A DNA stretch of 64,000 bases from Nitrosopumilus sp. Lineage in GTDB: Archaea; Thermoproteota; Nitrososphaeria; Nitrososphaerales; Nitrosopumilaceae. A program made the position numbers and the translations under genes. The stretch is taken from assembly GCA_965219345.1 (NCBI GenBank), contig OZ244732.1, positions 352,001 to 416,000 of the forward strand. Reading direction: 5' to 3'. The notes under the pieces are model-generated. The model was given only the letters and a program-made list of their open reading frames with translations. It made no database searches and was not told the DNA's origin. This document shows positions 21,183 to 31,522 of this stretch, one piece after another (the stretch's first letter is position 1; the number at the start of each line of letters is the position of its first letter).

Positions 21183-21743
21183 TCATGTGCCTTTATTTGT
21201 AAATATCACTAACCGTCCATTACATTTCTCTTTACAAAATGGAGATTCAGAACATGTTATCATCTTAAGTGCACTATCAATGATTTGTGAACCATGCCTA
21301 AATTTCTTGTAGCATAGATAAGTTATGGAATCTCGTGCATCATTGTAATCCAATTCATTATCAATTGAAGGTCTATCACCACACGGTAAAAGACGCTCAA
21401 TCAAATACAATTCTGTTACTTGAGATGCTTCTCTGTTTGCATCTATCTGCTCGTTTGGTTGTGTTTCTTTGTTTATTTTCCCCTCTTCCTCTCCCAGAGA
21501 TGCAGAAACCCATTTTTTGTTAGAGATTATTTTATCATGTGCAATAGTCTGTAATTCTGCACTGTATTTCTTGAGTTGATTGCATCTAGCATGGGACCAA
21601 GCTAGATTCCAGTCAGGATCATCATCAATGAAGGGCTGATCATCAAATATGCAAGTATGTTCTGCATTACTAGAATAATCACGTTCAATAATTATAGGAG
21701 TAAGTTTTGCTTTTTTGTTTAGTGTTAGTTGCTTAGTATTCAT
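21183..21743 (-). CDS. Hypothetical element protein with a degenerate HNH-like segment
   Basis: CIFDDQPF..NLAWSHARCNQLK. Confidence 0.55.
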   Translation of the reverse strand: MNTKQLTLNKKAKLTPIIIERDYSSNAEHTCIFDDQPFIDDDPDWNLAWSHARCNQLKKYSAELQTIAHDKIISNKKWVSASLGEEEGKINKETQPNEQIDANREASQVTELYLIERLLPCGDRPSIDNELDYNDARDSITYLCYKKFRHGSQIIDSALKMITCSESPFCKEKCNGRLVIFTNKGT

Positions 21744-21764
21744 GACGCATTACTTGTTTTTGTC

Positions 21765-21956
21765 TTAGGGGGAAAAATTTGAAAGAATTAGTTTTTTCTG
21801 AATGATAAACATCCGAAATTCTTCATTAGATTCATTTGTAAAACAACTTTTGCAAATCTTTAAGATTTGATGATCAACATCAGAACCACAATTGTAAGAA
21901 ATTTTAAAATCTGCATCATTATTGCAAGTTTTTAGTTGGCAATAATCACTCGTCAA
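21765..21956 (-). CDS. Small zinc-finger protein
   Basis: CQLKTC...CKSC. Confidence 0.6.
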   Translation of the reverse strand: MTSDYCQLKTCNNDADFKISYNCGSDVDHQILKICKSCFTNESNEEFRMFIIQKKLILSNFSP

Positions 21957-22131
21957 TTTCTTCAGAGTCAGTAATATTTGGAATTAAAGAACCATGTACA
22001 ATATCAAGTGCTGTTCTTAACAAGATTTGACATGCTTGACTTTTAGTTAGATAACCGCGTTTAGAATTAATTTCTTTAACTAAATTTGGTGGAAGAGAAA
22101 TTGTAATACAAATAGATTTATTGTTATTCAA
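21946..22131 (-). CDS. Ribbon-helix-helix DNA-binding protein
   Basis: ITISLPPNLVKEINSKRGYLTKSQ pattern. Confidence 0.65.
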   Translation of the reverse strand: MNNNKSICITISLPPNLVKEINSKRGYLTKSQACQILLRTALDIVHGSLIPNITDSEEIDE

Positions 22132-22144
22132 TAAAAAATAAATT

Positions 22145-23371
22145 CTACTTAGAATTTATGTATATTGATTTTAAGAAATGTTTAAGATATTTACTTTTTT
22201 CGGTCTTAAGACTTCTTAATTCAGTAAATTTTTTCATAAGTTTAGTTTCAATTTCTTTTATCGATTGTTTTTTCCAAATTGAAAATTCAGTTGAAATTTT
22301 TTCTAATTCAATTTGTTTTTGTGCAGCAGCAGAAATAGTCAGAAATGGAATTGCCTTTTGATATTCTGGAAATCGCTCAAAATCTTCTTCCTGATAGCGT
22401 TCATAATGCTTTTCAAGCCCAATTTTATGACCCATCATATCTTCCTTATCCAGATAGTCTACTTTTGCGCGTCTAAGCATTGTATTGAAATATTTTCTGA
22501 ACCCATGGTCAAGCTGGACTTCATGTCTTCTTACCCCAAGAGGTAATTTAGGTCTCAAATCAATATCAGTTACAATTTTGTCTATTCTCTTTCTTACTCC
22601 TTTTTGAGCAAGTCTTCTAATCACAGGAGTTGCTACTGTTTTGATTAAAGGATCATCTGGTTTTGGATATACACTAATGTCAATCTTCCATCTTTCTCTA
22701 TAAATCTCAAGTATCTTACAAGTTTCAGGAGTGATAAATGTGAAATAACTTTCAGGATCTCCTCTGTAAATTAACAGTGCAGCACCTTTGTATGTTCCAT
22801 CATCATTTTTGAAAAAGATAACATCTTTCCATGTAAAATAATCCCAAGATTCCAGACGAAATCCTCCAGATAAAAACATCAAGATTAAAACCTTGTCTGT
22901 AATGTCATTTGCAACTTCGATCATCTGTTGAATTTCCTCCTTTGTGTATGCTCTGTCTTTTGATTTTGCTTCTATGCGTGGAAGTAATTTGTTTAATGAC
23001 TTCCAATGGATCGGAACACGATTTGCGTCAAGTAGAACTTTGATTGGTTTGATATGGTTTAGAATTGTTTGAGAACTAATCTCACCTAAAGTTACGCGTT
23101 TTCGATCTTCTTTGATAAATGTGGCAATAACATCTAATGCCAAATCCATATCTTTTCTTGCAAGTTCTATAAAGAATTTTGCTAGAGTTACAGCATCTCT
23201 GTTCTTTGGAGTTTTACCAAGTGAGTCTGTATAGATTTGATTTGGAATTAATTTAAGAAATGAATGGAGATGATTCTTGTAACGTCTAAGAGTTGCAGGA
23301 CTTCGAATTGAATCTAAGAATAATTAGTAAGGATCAGAACGAGTTTTGATCTTATCAAGTGAAATTTCCAT
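22145..23371 (-). pseudogene. Tyrosine recombinase/integrase with a premature TAA at codon 16
   Basis: GGFR, HGFRK, MMGH, HY catalytic motifs; N-terminus reads MEISLDKIKTRSDPY*LFLDSIRSPATLRRY in frame (TAA at 23324-23326). Confidence 0.88.
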
Positions 23372-23415
23372 ACTATAGGCATGAATGCATCCTATTTGAG
23401 TCCCAATATAGAGGA

Positions 23416-23490
23416 TGGGCCCACGGGGATTTGAACCCCGGACCTTCGCCGTGTAAGGGCGACGTCATAACCGACCTGGACCATGAGCCC
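23416..23490 (-). tRNA. tRNA-Val(UAC)
   Basis: GGGCTCA...TGGGCCCA; anticodon arm TCGCC-CTTACAC-GGCGA; TTCAAAT T-loop. Confidence 0.95.
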
Positions 23491-23569
23491 AGAGACTTAC
23501 CTTGTTAAAATCCATTTAAACTTTGAGACACAGGAAAATCTAGAAATTTGACAAAAAGTTAAGAAATTC

Positions 23570-24586
23570 ATGAATGTTTTTGATTTTTTTTCTAGTCCAA
23601 TTGGATTAGGTCATGTCACTCGAGATATCGCAATTGCAAACAATTTTGAGAATAATTCAACAAATTTTGTGTCAGGCAGTGGAGCTGCAAAAATTCTAAA
23701 AAATTTAGATTTCAAAGTACAAGATGTATACAAGCCACCTTCGTTTATTGTTGAAAATGGTACATTAAAGAGCCCAGCAAAATGGCTATGGAATTATTAT
23801 CAATACTATAAAGATTGTAAAAAAATTTCACAAAAGATTCTTCAAGAAGATAATCCAAATTTGGTAATTAGTGACGAGGATTTTGCATCATTAACTGTTG
23901 CACAAAAAATGAAAATTCCAACTGTACTTATCACAGATGTTTTAGAGACTCGCTTCACTAAAGGATTAATATCATTTATTGAAAAAAAGATGAATAAATC
24001 AATGCAAGAAATTATAAAAAAATGTGACATAGTTATTCTTCCTGAGAACGGAAATGATGAAGACAACATCAAAAAAGTAGGACCAATAGTTAGACAAACA
24101 AACTTTTCAAGAGAAGATCTACGAAAAAAATTTTCGTTTGAGAAAAAAACAATAGTTATTTCAATTGGAGGAACTGATGTAGGATTATTTCTTATTAAAA
24201 AAGCATTAGAATCTATTTCAAAAATCAATCAAGACATCGAAGTTGTTCTAGTGTCAGGTCCAGCAATTAGTAAAAAATTTGAGAATGTTAGAAATTTTGG
24301 ATTTGTTGATAATTTACACGAGTTGATTTTTGCTGCAGATTTAATAATTTCTCTGGCCGGAAAATCAACCATAGATGAGGCTAACGCCTATGGGACCCCT
24401 GCAATATTCATACCCATAAAGGGTCATTTTGAGCAAGAAGACAACGCAAGAGAAGAAGGATTTGCTTTTGATGATATTAAAAGACTGGATGTGCTAATTT
24501 TAGAAAAACTTGAACAAAAAAGAAATAGAGTAAACACTAATGGTGCAAAAAATGCATCTAATATAATTAGAGAATTGATGAATTGA
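23570..24586 (+). CDS. GT-B glycosyltransferase (MurG/GT28-like)
   Basis: GLGHVTR, SIGG, AGKSTIDEA, HFEQ motifs. Confidence 0.85.
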   Translation: MNVFDFFSSPIGLGHVTRDIAIANNFENNSTNFVSGSGAAKILKNLDFKVQDVYKPPSFIVENGTLKSPAKWLWNYYQYYKDCKKISQKILQEDNPNLVISDEDFASLTVAQKMKIPTVLITDVLETRFTKGLISFIEKKMNKSMQEIIKKCDIVILPENGNDEDNIKKVGPIVRQTNFSREDLRKKFSFEKKTIVISIGGTDVGLFLIKKALESISKINQDIEVVLVSGPAISKKFENVRNFGFVDNLHELIFAADLIISLAGKSTIDEANAYGTPAIFIPIKGHFEQEDNAREEGFAFDDIKRLDVLILEKLEQKRNRVNTNGAKNASNIIRELMN

Positions 24587-24631
24587 CGATCAAATGCTTA
24601 ATAGATAGCCATTGAATTTTGATAAAGTACT

Positions 24632-26047
24632 ATGACAAAGCTGGTAGTAGTCAAATTTGGCGGAAGTGCAATAGGTTCAGATGGAGCATCTATTCCAGAA
24701 ATTGTTAAACGAATTAATGATTTAAAAAAAGATTCTAAAGTAATTGCTATTTTTTCAGCTCCATTAACAATGCATAATGAAAAAATGCGTTCTCTTACTG
24801 ATGTGGTTTTAGAACAAGGCAGAAATGCAGAGAATGGAATTAATCCATCAATAGATATTGTAAAATCAACTTATCAAAAAATTCTGGAAAGGGTAAATTC
24901 AGAAAATAAAGAAAAATGTAAGAATATTATTGACTCACATCTAGAAAAGACACAAAATGCACTGGATGAGGCATTTGGAAACAAAGAATTTGCAGATGAG
25001 ATACGTTCAAGAGCATTAGCATTCTCTGGAGAGATCTTGATGTCTCATGTGATGAACTATATCCTGAGGAGTGATGGCATAAAGGCTGATGCTATAGAAT
25101 TTGATGATTGGCCAATTATTACAGATAACAACATAGAATCAACAAATTTTCTCACATCAGAATCTAGGGAAAAAATGGGTAAAACAGCAGAATTGGTAGA
25201 AGAAAATGAGGTAGTTTCAATTGGCGGGTTCATTGGGAAAACAGTAGATAGTGTTACAACTACATATGAGCGAGGAGGCTCGGATAGGACTGCAGCAGAT
25301 CTAGGAATATTATTTCATAAAAAATATGAAACCAGTATCGACTTTGAGAAAGATAGTGCAGTAGTTTCTGCCGATCCAAAAATTGTGAGATCTGGATTAA
25401 GTGAAGTAATTCAATTGTCATACAATGAAGCAAGATTAGCAGGAATGTTTGGAATGAAAATTTTAGATCCTATTGCAATAAAAGAAATGGTAGAAAATGG
25501 AGTAGATATGCCAATTACCGTTACAAACATGAAAAATCCGGAAAAAGTAACCACAATTAAGAGAGTATTAGATGAACAAAAGGGACATCCAATTAAGATA
25601 GTTACAGGAAAAGAGAATTGTGCAATTTTTAGAATTGAAACAAGCTGTATTCAAAAATTGTTAACATCGTTAGAAAAAGACAAACGTTACAGTGAGTTTA
25701 TAATTTTATCACCATTTACAAAAGATGGAATTGAATTCTCTAGAATATTGTTCTTAGATGGGGATTATGTTAAAAGAAATGAAAAATATTTGTTAGGATT
25801 TGATTCTCTTGCTACAATTACATACAATAGGGGAGTAATTACGTTAATTGGAGACGAGATGTGGAGAGTTCAACAAGTTGCTTCAAGAACTAGTACAAAG
25901 ATTGGTGAGTCAGGATTAAACATTTTGAATATGGATGCACAAGAAGAAACATCACGAATAATTATTGTTGTAGAAGATGCAGAAGACAACATAAGTAAGG
26001 CCATCAATGCAGTACACGAAGAAATTTCAAAAATAAATTTTGTTTAA
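24632..26047 (+). CDS. lysC: Aspartate kinase
   Basis: VVKFGGS, RGGSDRTA, SADPKIV, SYNEA motifs; ACT-like C-terminus. Confidence 0.9.
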   Translation: MTKLVVVKFGGSAIGSDGASIPEIVKRINDLKKDSKVIAIFSAPLTMHNEKMRSLTDVVLEQGRNAENGINPSIDIVKSTYQKILERVNSENKEKCKNIIDSHLEKTQNALDEAFGNKEFADEIRSRALAFSGEILMSHVMNYILRSDGIKADAIEFDDWPIITDNNIESTNFLTSESREKMGKTAELVEENEVVSIGGFIGKTVDSVTTTYERGGSDRTAADLGILFHKKYETSIDFEKDSAVVSADPKIVRSGLSEVIQLSYNEARLAGMFGMKILDPIAIKEMVENGVDMPITVTNMKNPEKVTTIKRVLDEQKGHPIKIVTGKENCAIFRIETSCIQKLLTSLEKDKRYSEFIILSPFTKDGIEFSRILFLDGDYVKRNEKYLLGFDSLATITYNRGVITLIGDEMWRVQQVASRTSTKIGESGLNILNMDAQEETSRIIIVVEDAEDNISKAINAVHEEISKINFV

Positions 26048-26057
26048 TGGAAAGATT

Positions 26058-26149
26058 GGCATTACGGGCTTTCACCGTAAACGCCATCATGGGTTTGTTC
26101 TTGGACCATTATCTAGATTCAGTCCGGCGTTACCCAAAACACGCGATAC
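26058..26149 (-). ncRNA. Candidate structured non-coding RNA (strand uncertain)
   Basis: GC-rich intergenic segment with several complementary blocks; see findings. Confidence 0.4.
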
Positions 26150-26196
26150 TTTATGTTGAATTTTCTAGTATTTAGAGCTGATCTATATAGATCATC

Positions 26197-26418
26197 TTAC
26201 ATACGCTCAGCTACATACCAAAGAATTATTCCAATCCCAAGAAATGCATACCATTTCAAGTTCTTCTTATTCATGAAAATATTTGCTGAGGCCAATTCTT
26301 CATCTTTGTATGTAGTCAAGCGAATTTTTCTCATTTCAAATGCTTGACCAACCAAGCCTACTATAAGAAGAACTATTGCAGAAAAACCCAAAATCCATTC
26401 CACATTATCATTTGTCAT
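26197..26418 (-). CDS. Small 2-TM membrane protein
   Basis: 73-aa ORF, two hydrophobic segments. Confidence 0.7.
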   Translation of the reverse strand: MTNDNVEWILGFSAIVLLIVGLVGQAFEMRKIRLTTYKDEELASANIFMNKKNLKWYAFLGIGIILWYVAERM

Positions 26419-26500
26419 TTGTATGATATGTAGTTTCCAAATTTAGAAAAACTAGAATAAAAAATAATTCTTTAAATTAGCATAGTCTTTTCTCTCTCCT

Positions 26501-27415
26501 ATGAAAGAGATTGGTAAAATTTGGATGAATGGGAAGTTAGTACCGTTCAAAGATGCCAAAGTTCATGTACTAACTCACGCATTACACTATTCAACATCAA
26601 TCTTTGAGGGAATCAGATGCTATAACACACCAAATGGCTCTGCGATGTTTAGATTGCCAGAACATGTTGATAGATTCTTCAAATCTGCAAAATTATATTC
26701 AATGAAAATGCAATTTTCAAAAAAACAAATTTCAGACGCCATAGTAAAAACTACAAAGTCTAGTGGACTCAAAGAATGCTACATTAGACCACTGGCATAT
26801 TACGGTTATGGGACGATGGGACTTACTCCTACTCAAAATAAAGTAGACGTTTCAATTGCATGTTGGGCATGGAAGATGGGAGAATCAAAAGCTGGTAAAT
26901 TTTCTGGAGCGAAATGCAAAATATCAAATTGGATAAAAATTGATTCAAGATCTCAACCAATGCAAGCAAAAGCGGCAGCAAATTACTCAAATGCAGCACT
27001 TGCAAGAATTGAAGCATTAGATAATGGATATGATGAGGCAATTATGTTAAATTATTTTGGAAAGATTGCAGAAGGAAGTGCTGAAAATATCTTTGTTATA
27101 AAAGACAATATTATTCAAACACCGCCTCTTTCGGCGGGAGGATTAGAGGGAATTACAAGAGACAGTGTAATTCAAATTATTGAAGAAAACGGTGGCTTTG
27201 TAATAGAACAAGATCTAGAAAGAGATGATCTCTATGCAGCTGATGAAATTTTTATGACAGGAACCGCTGCGGAGGTTAAATCAGTAACGCAGGTAGACAA
27301 AGTGAAGATTGGAAATGGAAAGATGGGAAACATTACAAAAGCATTACAGAAATCATTTACCAAGGCAGCTATGGGTGAAGATGAAAGATTTTTGCCATGG
27401 TTGACATTCATCTAA
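26501..27415 (+). CDS. ilvE: Branched-chain amino acid aminotransferase
   Basis: ALHYSTSIFEGIR, YIRP, AEGSAENIF, LEGITRDS, TGTAAE. Confidence 0.95.
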   Translation: MKEIGKIWMNGKLVPFKDAKVHVLTHALHYSTSIFEGIRCYNTPNGSAMFRLPEHVDRFFKSAKLYSMKMQFSKKQISDAIVKTTKSSGLKECYIRPLAYYGYGTMGLTPTQNKVDVSIACWAWKMGESKAGKFSGAKCKISNWIKIDSRSQPMQAKAAANYSNAALARIEALDNGYDEAIMLNYFGKIAEGSAENIFVIKDNIIQTPPLSAGGLEGITRDSVIQIIEENGGFVIEQDLERDDLYAADEIFMTGTAAEVKSVTQVDKVKIGNGKMGNITKALQKSFTKAAMGEDERFLPWLTFI

Positions 27416-27456
27416 TTTTCCACGAAGTTTTTTACCCACAAATATGACTAGAGACT

Positions 27457-27618
27457 ATGGATTCATGTGCTACGGGTGATACCCAGGAAATCTGCTGGTT
27501 TTGCAGAAAAGGGCGTCATGAGGACTGTATGAAAGAGATTCCGACACATGGAAAATCGGATGGGCCAGATGATTGTACTTTTGATACAAAACTTGTTCCA
27601 TGCAAGTGTCAGCACTAA
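27457..27618 (+). CDS. Small Cys/His-rich protein (53 aa; below the ORF-track cutoff)
   Basis: Manual translation MDSCATGDTQEICWFCRKGRHEDCMKEIPTHGKSDGPDDCTFDTKLVPCKCQH. Confidence 0.6.
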   Translation: MDSCATGDTQEICWFCRKGRHEDCMKEIPTHGKSDGPDDCTFDTKLVPCKCQH

Positions 27619-27658
27619 ACAATTAGTATCAAATACAGCTATGTTTGAAAAATTCTAT

Positions 27659-28213
27659 ATGAATTACAATAAAGAATTTTGGAATAAATATGCAGATGAG
27701 AATGAAGTAAGATACAATGAAGAATTTGCAAAATATACAAGGGATTTGGCTACTTCTTTAAAATGTACAAGTATTCTAGAGATTGGATGTGGAACTGGAA
27801 TTGACTTGAGATTATTTACTGATGAATGCCAAATTCATGGAATTGATCTAAACGATAATGCTTTGAATATGGCAAAAGAAAAATGTCCCATTGTAAATTT
27901 TAAGAAAGGAACTATCACTGATTTGCCATTTGAAGATTCGTCTATAGACTTTGTTTTTACACACCAATTATTGAATTATTTAGATGATGATACATTAGAA
28001 AAAGGAGTTGCAGAAATGTATAGAGTAGCTGGAAAATACATAATGAATTGTGAAAAATTTGAAGAAACAGAAAAACAAATTGATGAGAATCACAAATTTC
28101 GTAACATGTACAAAAGATGGATAAATTATAAGGTAAAAATTGTAAGTGACGTAGATATGCATGAAGATATAGAACCTGACAAAGCTAGATTTACTCTATT
28201 AAGAAAACTGTAA
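27659..28213 (+). CDS. Class I SAM-dependent methyltransferase
   Basis: ILEIGCGTG, LPFEDSSIDFVF; start at 27659 preferred over 27548. Confidence 0.85.
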   Translation: MNYNKEFWNKYADENEVRYNEEFAKYTRDLATSLKCTSILEIGCGTGIDLRLFTDECQIHGIDLNDNALNMAKEKCPIVNFKKGTITDLPFEDSSIDFVFTHQLLNYLDDDTLEKGVAEMYRVAGKYIMNCEKFEETEKQIDENHKFRNMYKRWINYKVKIVSDVDMHEDIEPDKARFTLLRKL

Positions 28214-28219
28214 TTTTAT

Positions 28220-28906
28220 TTATTTTTGAGTTGATACAGATAACATTGATATAGATTTTGGCAGTTTAATGGTAAAAGTAGTAGGATTATTTTTTATAGA
28301 AATTTCACCCTGATGTTGCTCTATAATGTTCTTACAGCTTGCCAAACCAAGACCGGTACCTCTTTGTTTAGTAGTAAATAGAGGCTCAAACACTTTAGCA
28401 AGATTATCATTAGGAATCCCTTCGCCGGAATCAACAAACTGCAAAATTACCATATTATTTTTTTCATCAATTTTAATCTCAATTTTTCCACCTTCATGCA
28501 TTGCCTGAATTGAGTTTACAATAAGATTAATGAATACAGCATCCAGTTTGTCTACATCGCAATCAGTTTGTACATCATTACTAGAAATAGTAAATCCAAC
28601 ATCATCTGGAACATTAATTTTTTGCATAGAATTTTCAACAAGTTAGCGTACAGAAACAGTTACTAATTTTAGTGGAGAAGTTCGTACATATCCCAAAACA
28701 TCATCTACTTGATGAGATATTCTATCAATGCTTTTTTCTATTAAATTAATACGATTAACTATTGTTGGTTCAGAGATTTTTGAATCTGCAGAGGTTTGTT
28801 TAATCATATCTACAGACATTTTCATAACAGATAATGGATTTCTCAAGTCATGTGCAAGACGTCCAGATAATTCTCTAATTGCCGATAAACGTTCTGATTT
28901 TAATAC
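28220..28906 (-). pseudogene. Truncated sensor histidine kinase (HisKA + HATPase) with an internal stop
   Basis: KSERLSAIRELSGRLAHDLRNPL H-box; in-frame TAA at 28643-28645; NSIQA, DSGEGI, FEPLFTTK, GTGLGL; no sensor domain. Confidence 0.85.
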
Positions 28907-29186
28907 CTTGTTTTTTCAGTGTTTTAATATCTTTATTTGGAATAACTATTGAATTGAGACTAACGCCTCTAAAAGGGATATTTGAATCTATGAGATATGA
29001 AAGTGTCTTTTTTTTATCCTCATCACTTGCAAAAGTGACAGTAGATGCTCCGTTTTCTATTATATTCATAATATCAATTATATTTCTTATAATCATTATA
29101 AAACCTTGTTCCCTTTTGGGAACATAAATTACGCCTAAACTAAACGATCTAGACATAATATTAAAACAATATAATATAATTTTCAA
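28875..29186 (-). CDS. Hypothetical protein running into the kinase relic
   Basis: 103-aa ORF, start uncertain. Confidence 0.4.
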   Translation of the reverse strand: MKIILYCFNIMSRSFSLGVIYVPKREQGFIMIIRNIIDIMNIIENGASTVTFASDEDKKKTLSYLIDSNIPFRGVSLNSIVIPNKDIKTLKKQGIKIRTFIGN

Positions 29187-29457
29187 ATTAGATTCATAAT
29201 TTAAGAAGATTATTCAGGATTAAACCTTCTGTAAAAAATAGATCATATAAAATAGAGTTAAGAATTAAAAGATCAAAAATGTCCACTTTGTAACTGTAAT
29301 AGTATCAGAGAAATCACCATTAGAAACAGTAATTACATTAGAATCAAGTTTATTAACCAAATCAACCCCACGAACCATTAACTTGTTAGAACTTACAATT
29401 TTAGAACAATTAACAAAAACACTACATCCCTGTAATCATTATTTTAAGAATTAAAAA

Positions 29458-31518
29458 ATGAAACCTGTAATAATTATTGCAATAGCATTTGTCATTCTGT
29501 TTGTGCCGATTACCACTTTTGCAGAAACTGAATCATTTACAGTTGCTGCAAGAAATTATTATGATTATCAAATTTTTATGAATAACGGAGACGAGATAAG
29601 TTTTGCAATGGTAGTAAATGGTGGCTCTAATGACGATATTTATTTTACACTTTACTCCCCAACTGGTTCAAAATTAATTGATGGTGTTGTCTATGATTAT
29701 TTTTCAGATAATTTTCCAGCCATTAATTCTGGAACGTACACTTTTAGATTTGACAATACTGGTTCTATAATATCAAACAAAGGTGTAGAGTTTTCCTATG
29801 AAGTTCAAACAAACACATACTATGTCTATGTAAATCCATTACCTAGTTTGAATCATTATGCTGGAGATGCTGTTTTTGATTCCACCGAAGCATGGAAAGA
29901 TGCAAATCCCAATCTAAATTTCTATAAAGCAGATACCCCTCAGGATGCAAATCTAAAAATACAATGGGTTAAGGAATTTGGAGTAGAGCATGTTGGTTAT
30001 GCATATGGTAGTCATTTTATCGAAGTTGGATTAGGGGATAGTAATTGTACTGGTGATTGGCAACCATTTTCAGCTAATCATATTAATTGGATAATGAAGC
30101 ATGAAATTGGGCATGTTTTAGGGTTGGAACATAGTTCTGATCCTTCATCCATAATGTATCCAACTGCACCTAGTGCACAATATGGTCTAATAGAACAACA
30201 AGTTACAATGACAGAAGGATATGTTCAATTTGTTCCCTTTTGTAATAGTAAAACCATTACTGATTTTAGTTACAACGTAAATTCAGATGATCCTACATAT
30301 GGTTTTGATGTGTATGTAGTGCCATCAGTAAATGAATTCCATAAAGCAGTAGATGGAAATTCTTTTAGTCATTATTCATCAAGTGAATGCTTTGGTGAAG
30401 GGTATTTGGAATATTCTGGGACATGTAAAGGACTTTCTCAAGGAAGTGGGTTACTTGTTGTCCTCGATAATAGGCAAACAAGTGGTCTGACAACATTAAC
30501 TATCAAACAGCAAGAAGCATCAATATCTTCAACTAGTTTGCAATTCACAAAAACTGCAACTATTTCATATGATTATCCTACAGTTTATGAAGAAAATCAA
30601 CAAGCATTAGAGGATATATTTTCTCAATTACAAGATGAACAAATTAACGCTGAAAATGAAAAAAAGATCCTAGAAGATAAACTTGCAAAGATATTGGAAG
30701 AGAAAGAAACACCTGCACCAAAAACATCTAAACCAGAACTAGAAATGATTTGTGAAGACTTTACTTTTGGTAAATATACTGACCTTGAAGATTATTCATT
30801 GTTATCTGAACTAGCCTTCCAAGGATTAACAGAAAGTAATCTAGACACTAGTGAAATTTTAGTTGAATATGAAGGAAATACTTTATACGATTTTGAATGT
30901 CAAACTTTTTACAAAAAGTGGAAACAAGTTACAGCCGAAGCAGAAAGATGGAATAATTCATGTTCCCATTTAGGTAAATTTCCTAATGCAGATAAAATTA
31001 GAGAAATGTATAATTTCTTTCCTGTTTGTCGGTTTGCGGATCTTGATCAATTAGCTGATCCAGCACCGACACAAAAAAATGAGATAGTTTGTGGATCTGG
31101 AACAATAGAAAAGAATGGTCAATGTGTTCCAGATACTAAATCTAAAGGCGGTGGTTGTCTAATTGCCACTGCAACATACGGCTCAGAACTAGCACCACAA
31201 GTACAACAACTACGAGAGCTTAGAGATAATTCATTACTAAACACAGAATCAGGATCTGCATTTATGGAATCATTCAATAATTTTTACTACTCATTTAGTC
31301 CAATTATTGCTGATTATGAACGTGAAAATCCAATATTTCGAGAAGCAGTAAAAATTGCAATCACTCTGATGATTACTAGTTTATCTATTTTGAATTATGT
31401 TGAAATGGATTCAGAAGCTAAAGTGTTAGGGTATGGGGTATTTTTGATTTTATTGAATATTGGAATGTATTTTGTAACACCAATTGCAATATTCTTAAGA
31501 ATTAGAAAATTAATTTAA
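29458..31518 (+). CDS. Secreted matrixin-like zinc metalloprotease with CFI-box-CTERM domain
   Basis: Signal peptide; HEIGHVLGLEH and SIMYP Met-turn; GGGCLIATATYGSELAPQVQQLRELRD plus TM tail. Confidence 0.88.
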   Translation: MKPVIIIAIAFVILFVPITTFAETESFTVAARNYYDYQIFMNNGDEISFAMVVNGGSNDDIYFTLYSPTGSKLIDGVVYDYFSDNFPAINSGTYTFRFDNTGSIISNKGVEFSYEVQTNTYYVYVNPLPSLNHYAGDAVFDSTEAWKDANPNLNFYKADTPQDANLKIQWVKEFGVEHVGYAYGSHFIEVGLGDSNCTGDWQPFSANHINWIMKHEIGHVLGLEHSSDPSSIMYPTAPSAQYGLIEQQVTMTEGYVQFVPFCNSKTITDFSYNVNSDDPTYGFDVYVVPSVNEFHKAVDGNSFSHYSSSECFGEGYLEYSGTCKGLSQGSGLLVVLDNRQTSGLTTLTIKQQEASISSTSLQFTKTATISYDYPTVYEENQQALEDIFSQLQDEQINAENEKKILEDKLAKILEEKETPAPKTSKPELEMICEDFTFGKYTDLEDYSLLSELAFQGLTESNLDTSEILVEYEGNTLYDFECQTFYKKWKQVTAEAERWNNSCSHLGKFPNADKIREMYNFFPVCRFADLDQLADPAPTQKNEIVCGSGTIEKNGQCVPDTKSKGGGCLIATATYGSELAPQVQQLRELRDNSLLNTESGSAFMESFNNFYYSFSPIIADYERENPIFREAVKIAITLMITSLSILNYVEMDSEAKVLGYGVFLILLNIGMYFVTPIAIFLRIRKLI

Positions 31519-31522
31519 TTTA

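Larger units (their letters stand above)
13747..23431. mobile_element. Integrative element at tRNA-Val(UAC), about 9.7 kb, probably immobile
   Basis: Bounded by near-identical repeats matching the tRNA 3' end; tyrosine integrase adjacent to the tRNA. Confidence 0.88.
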
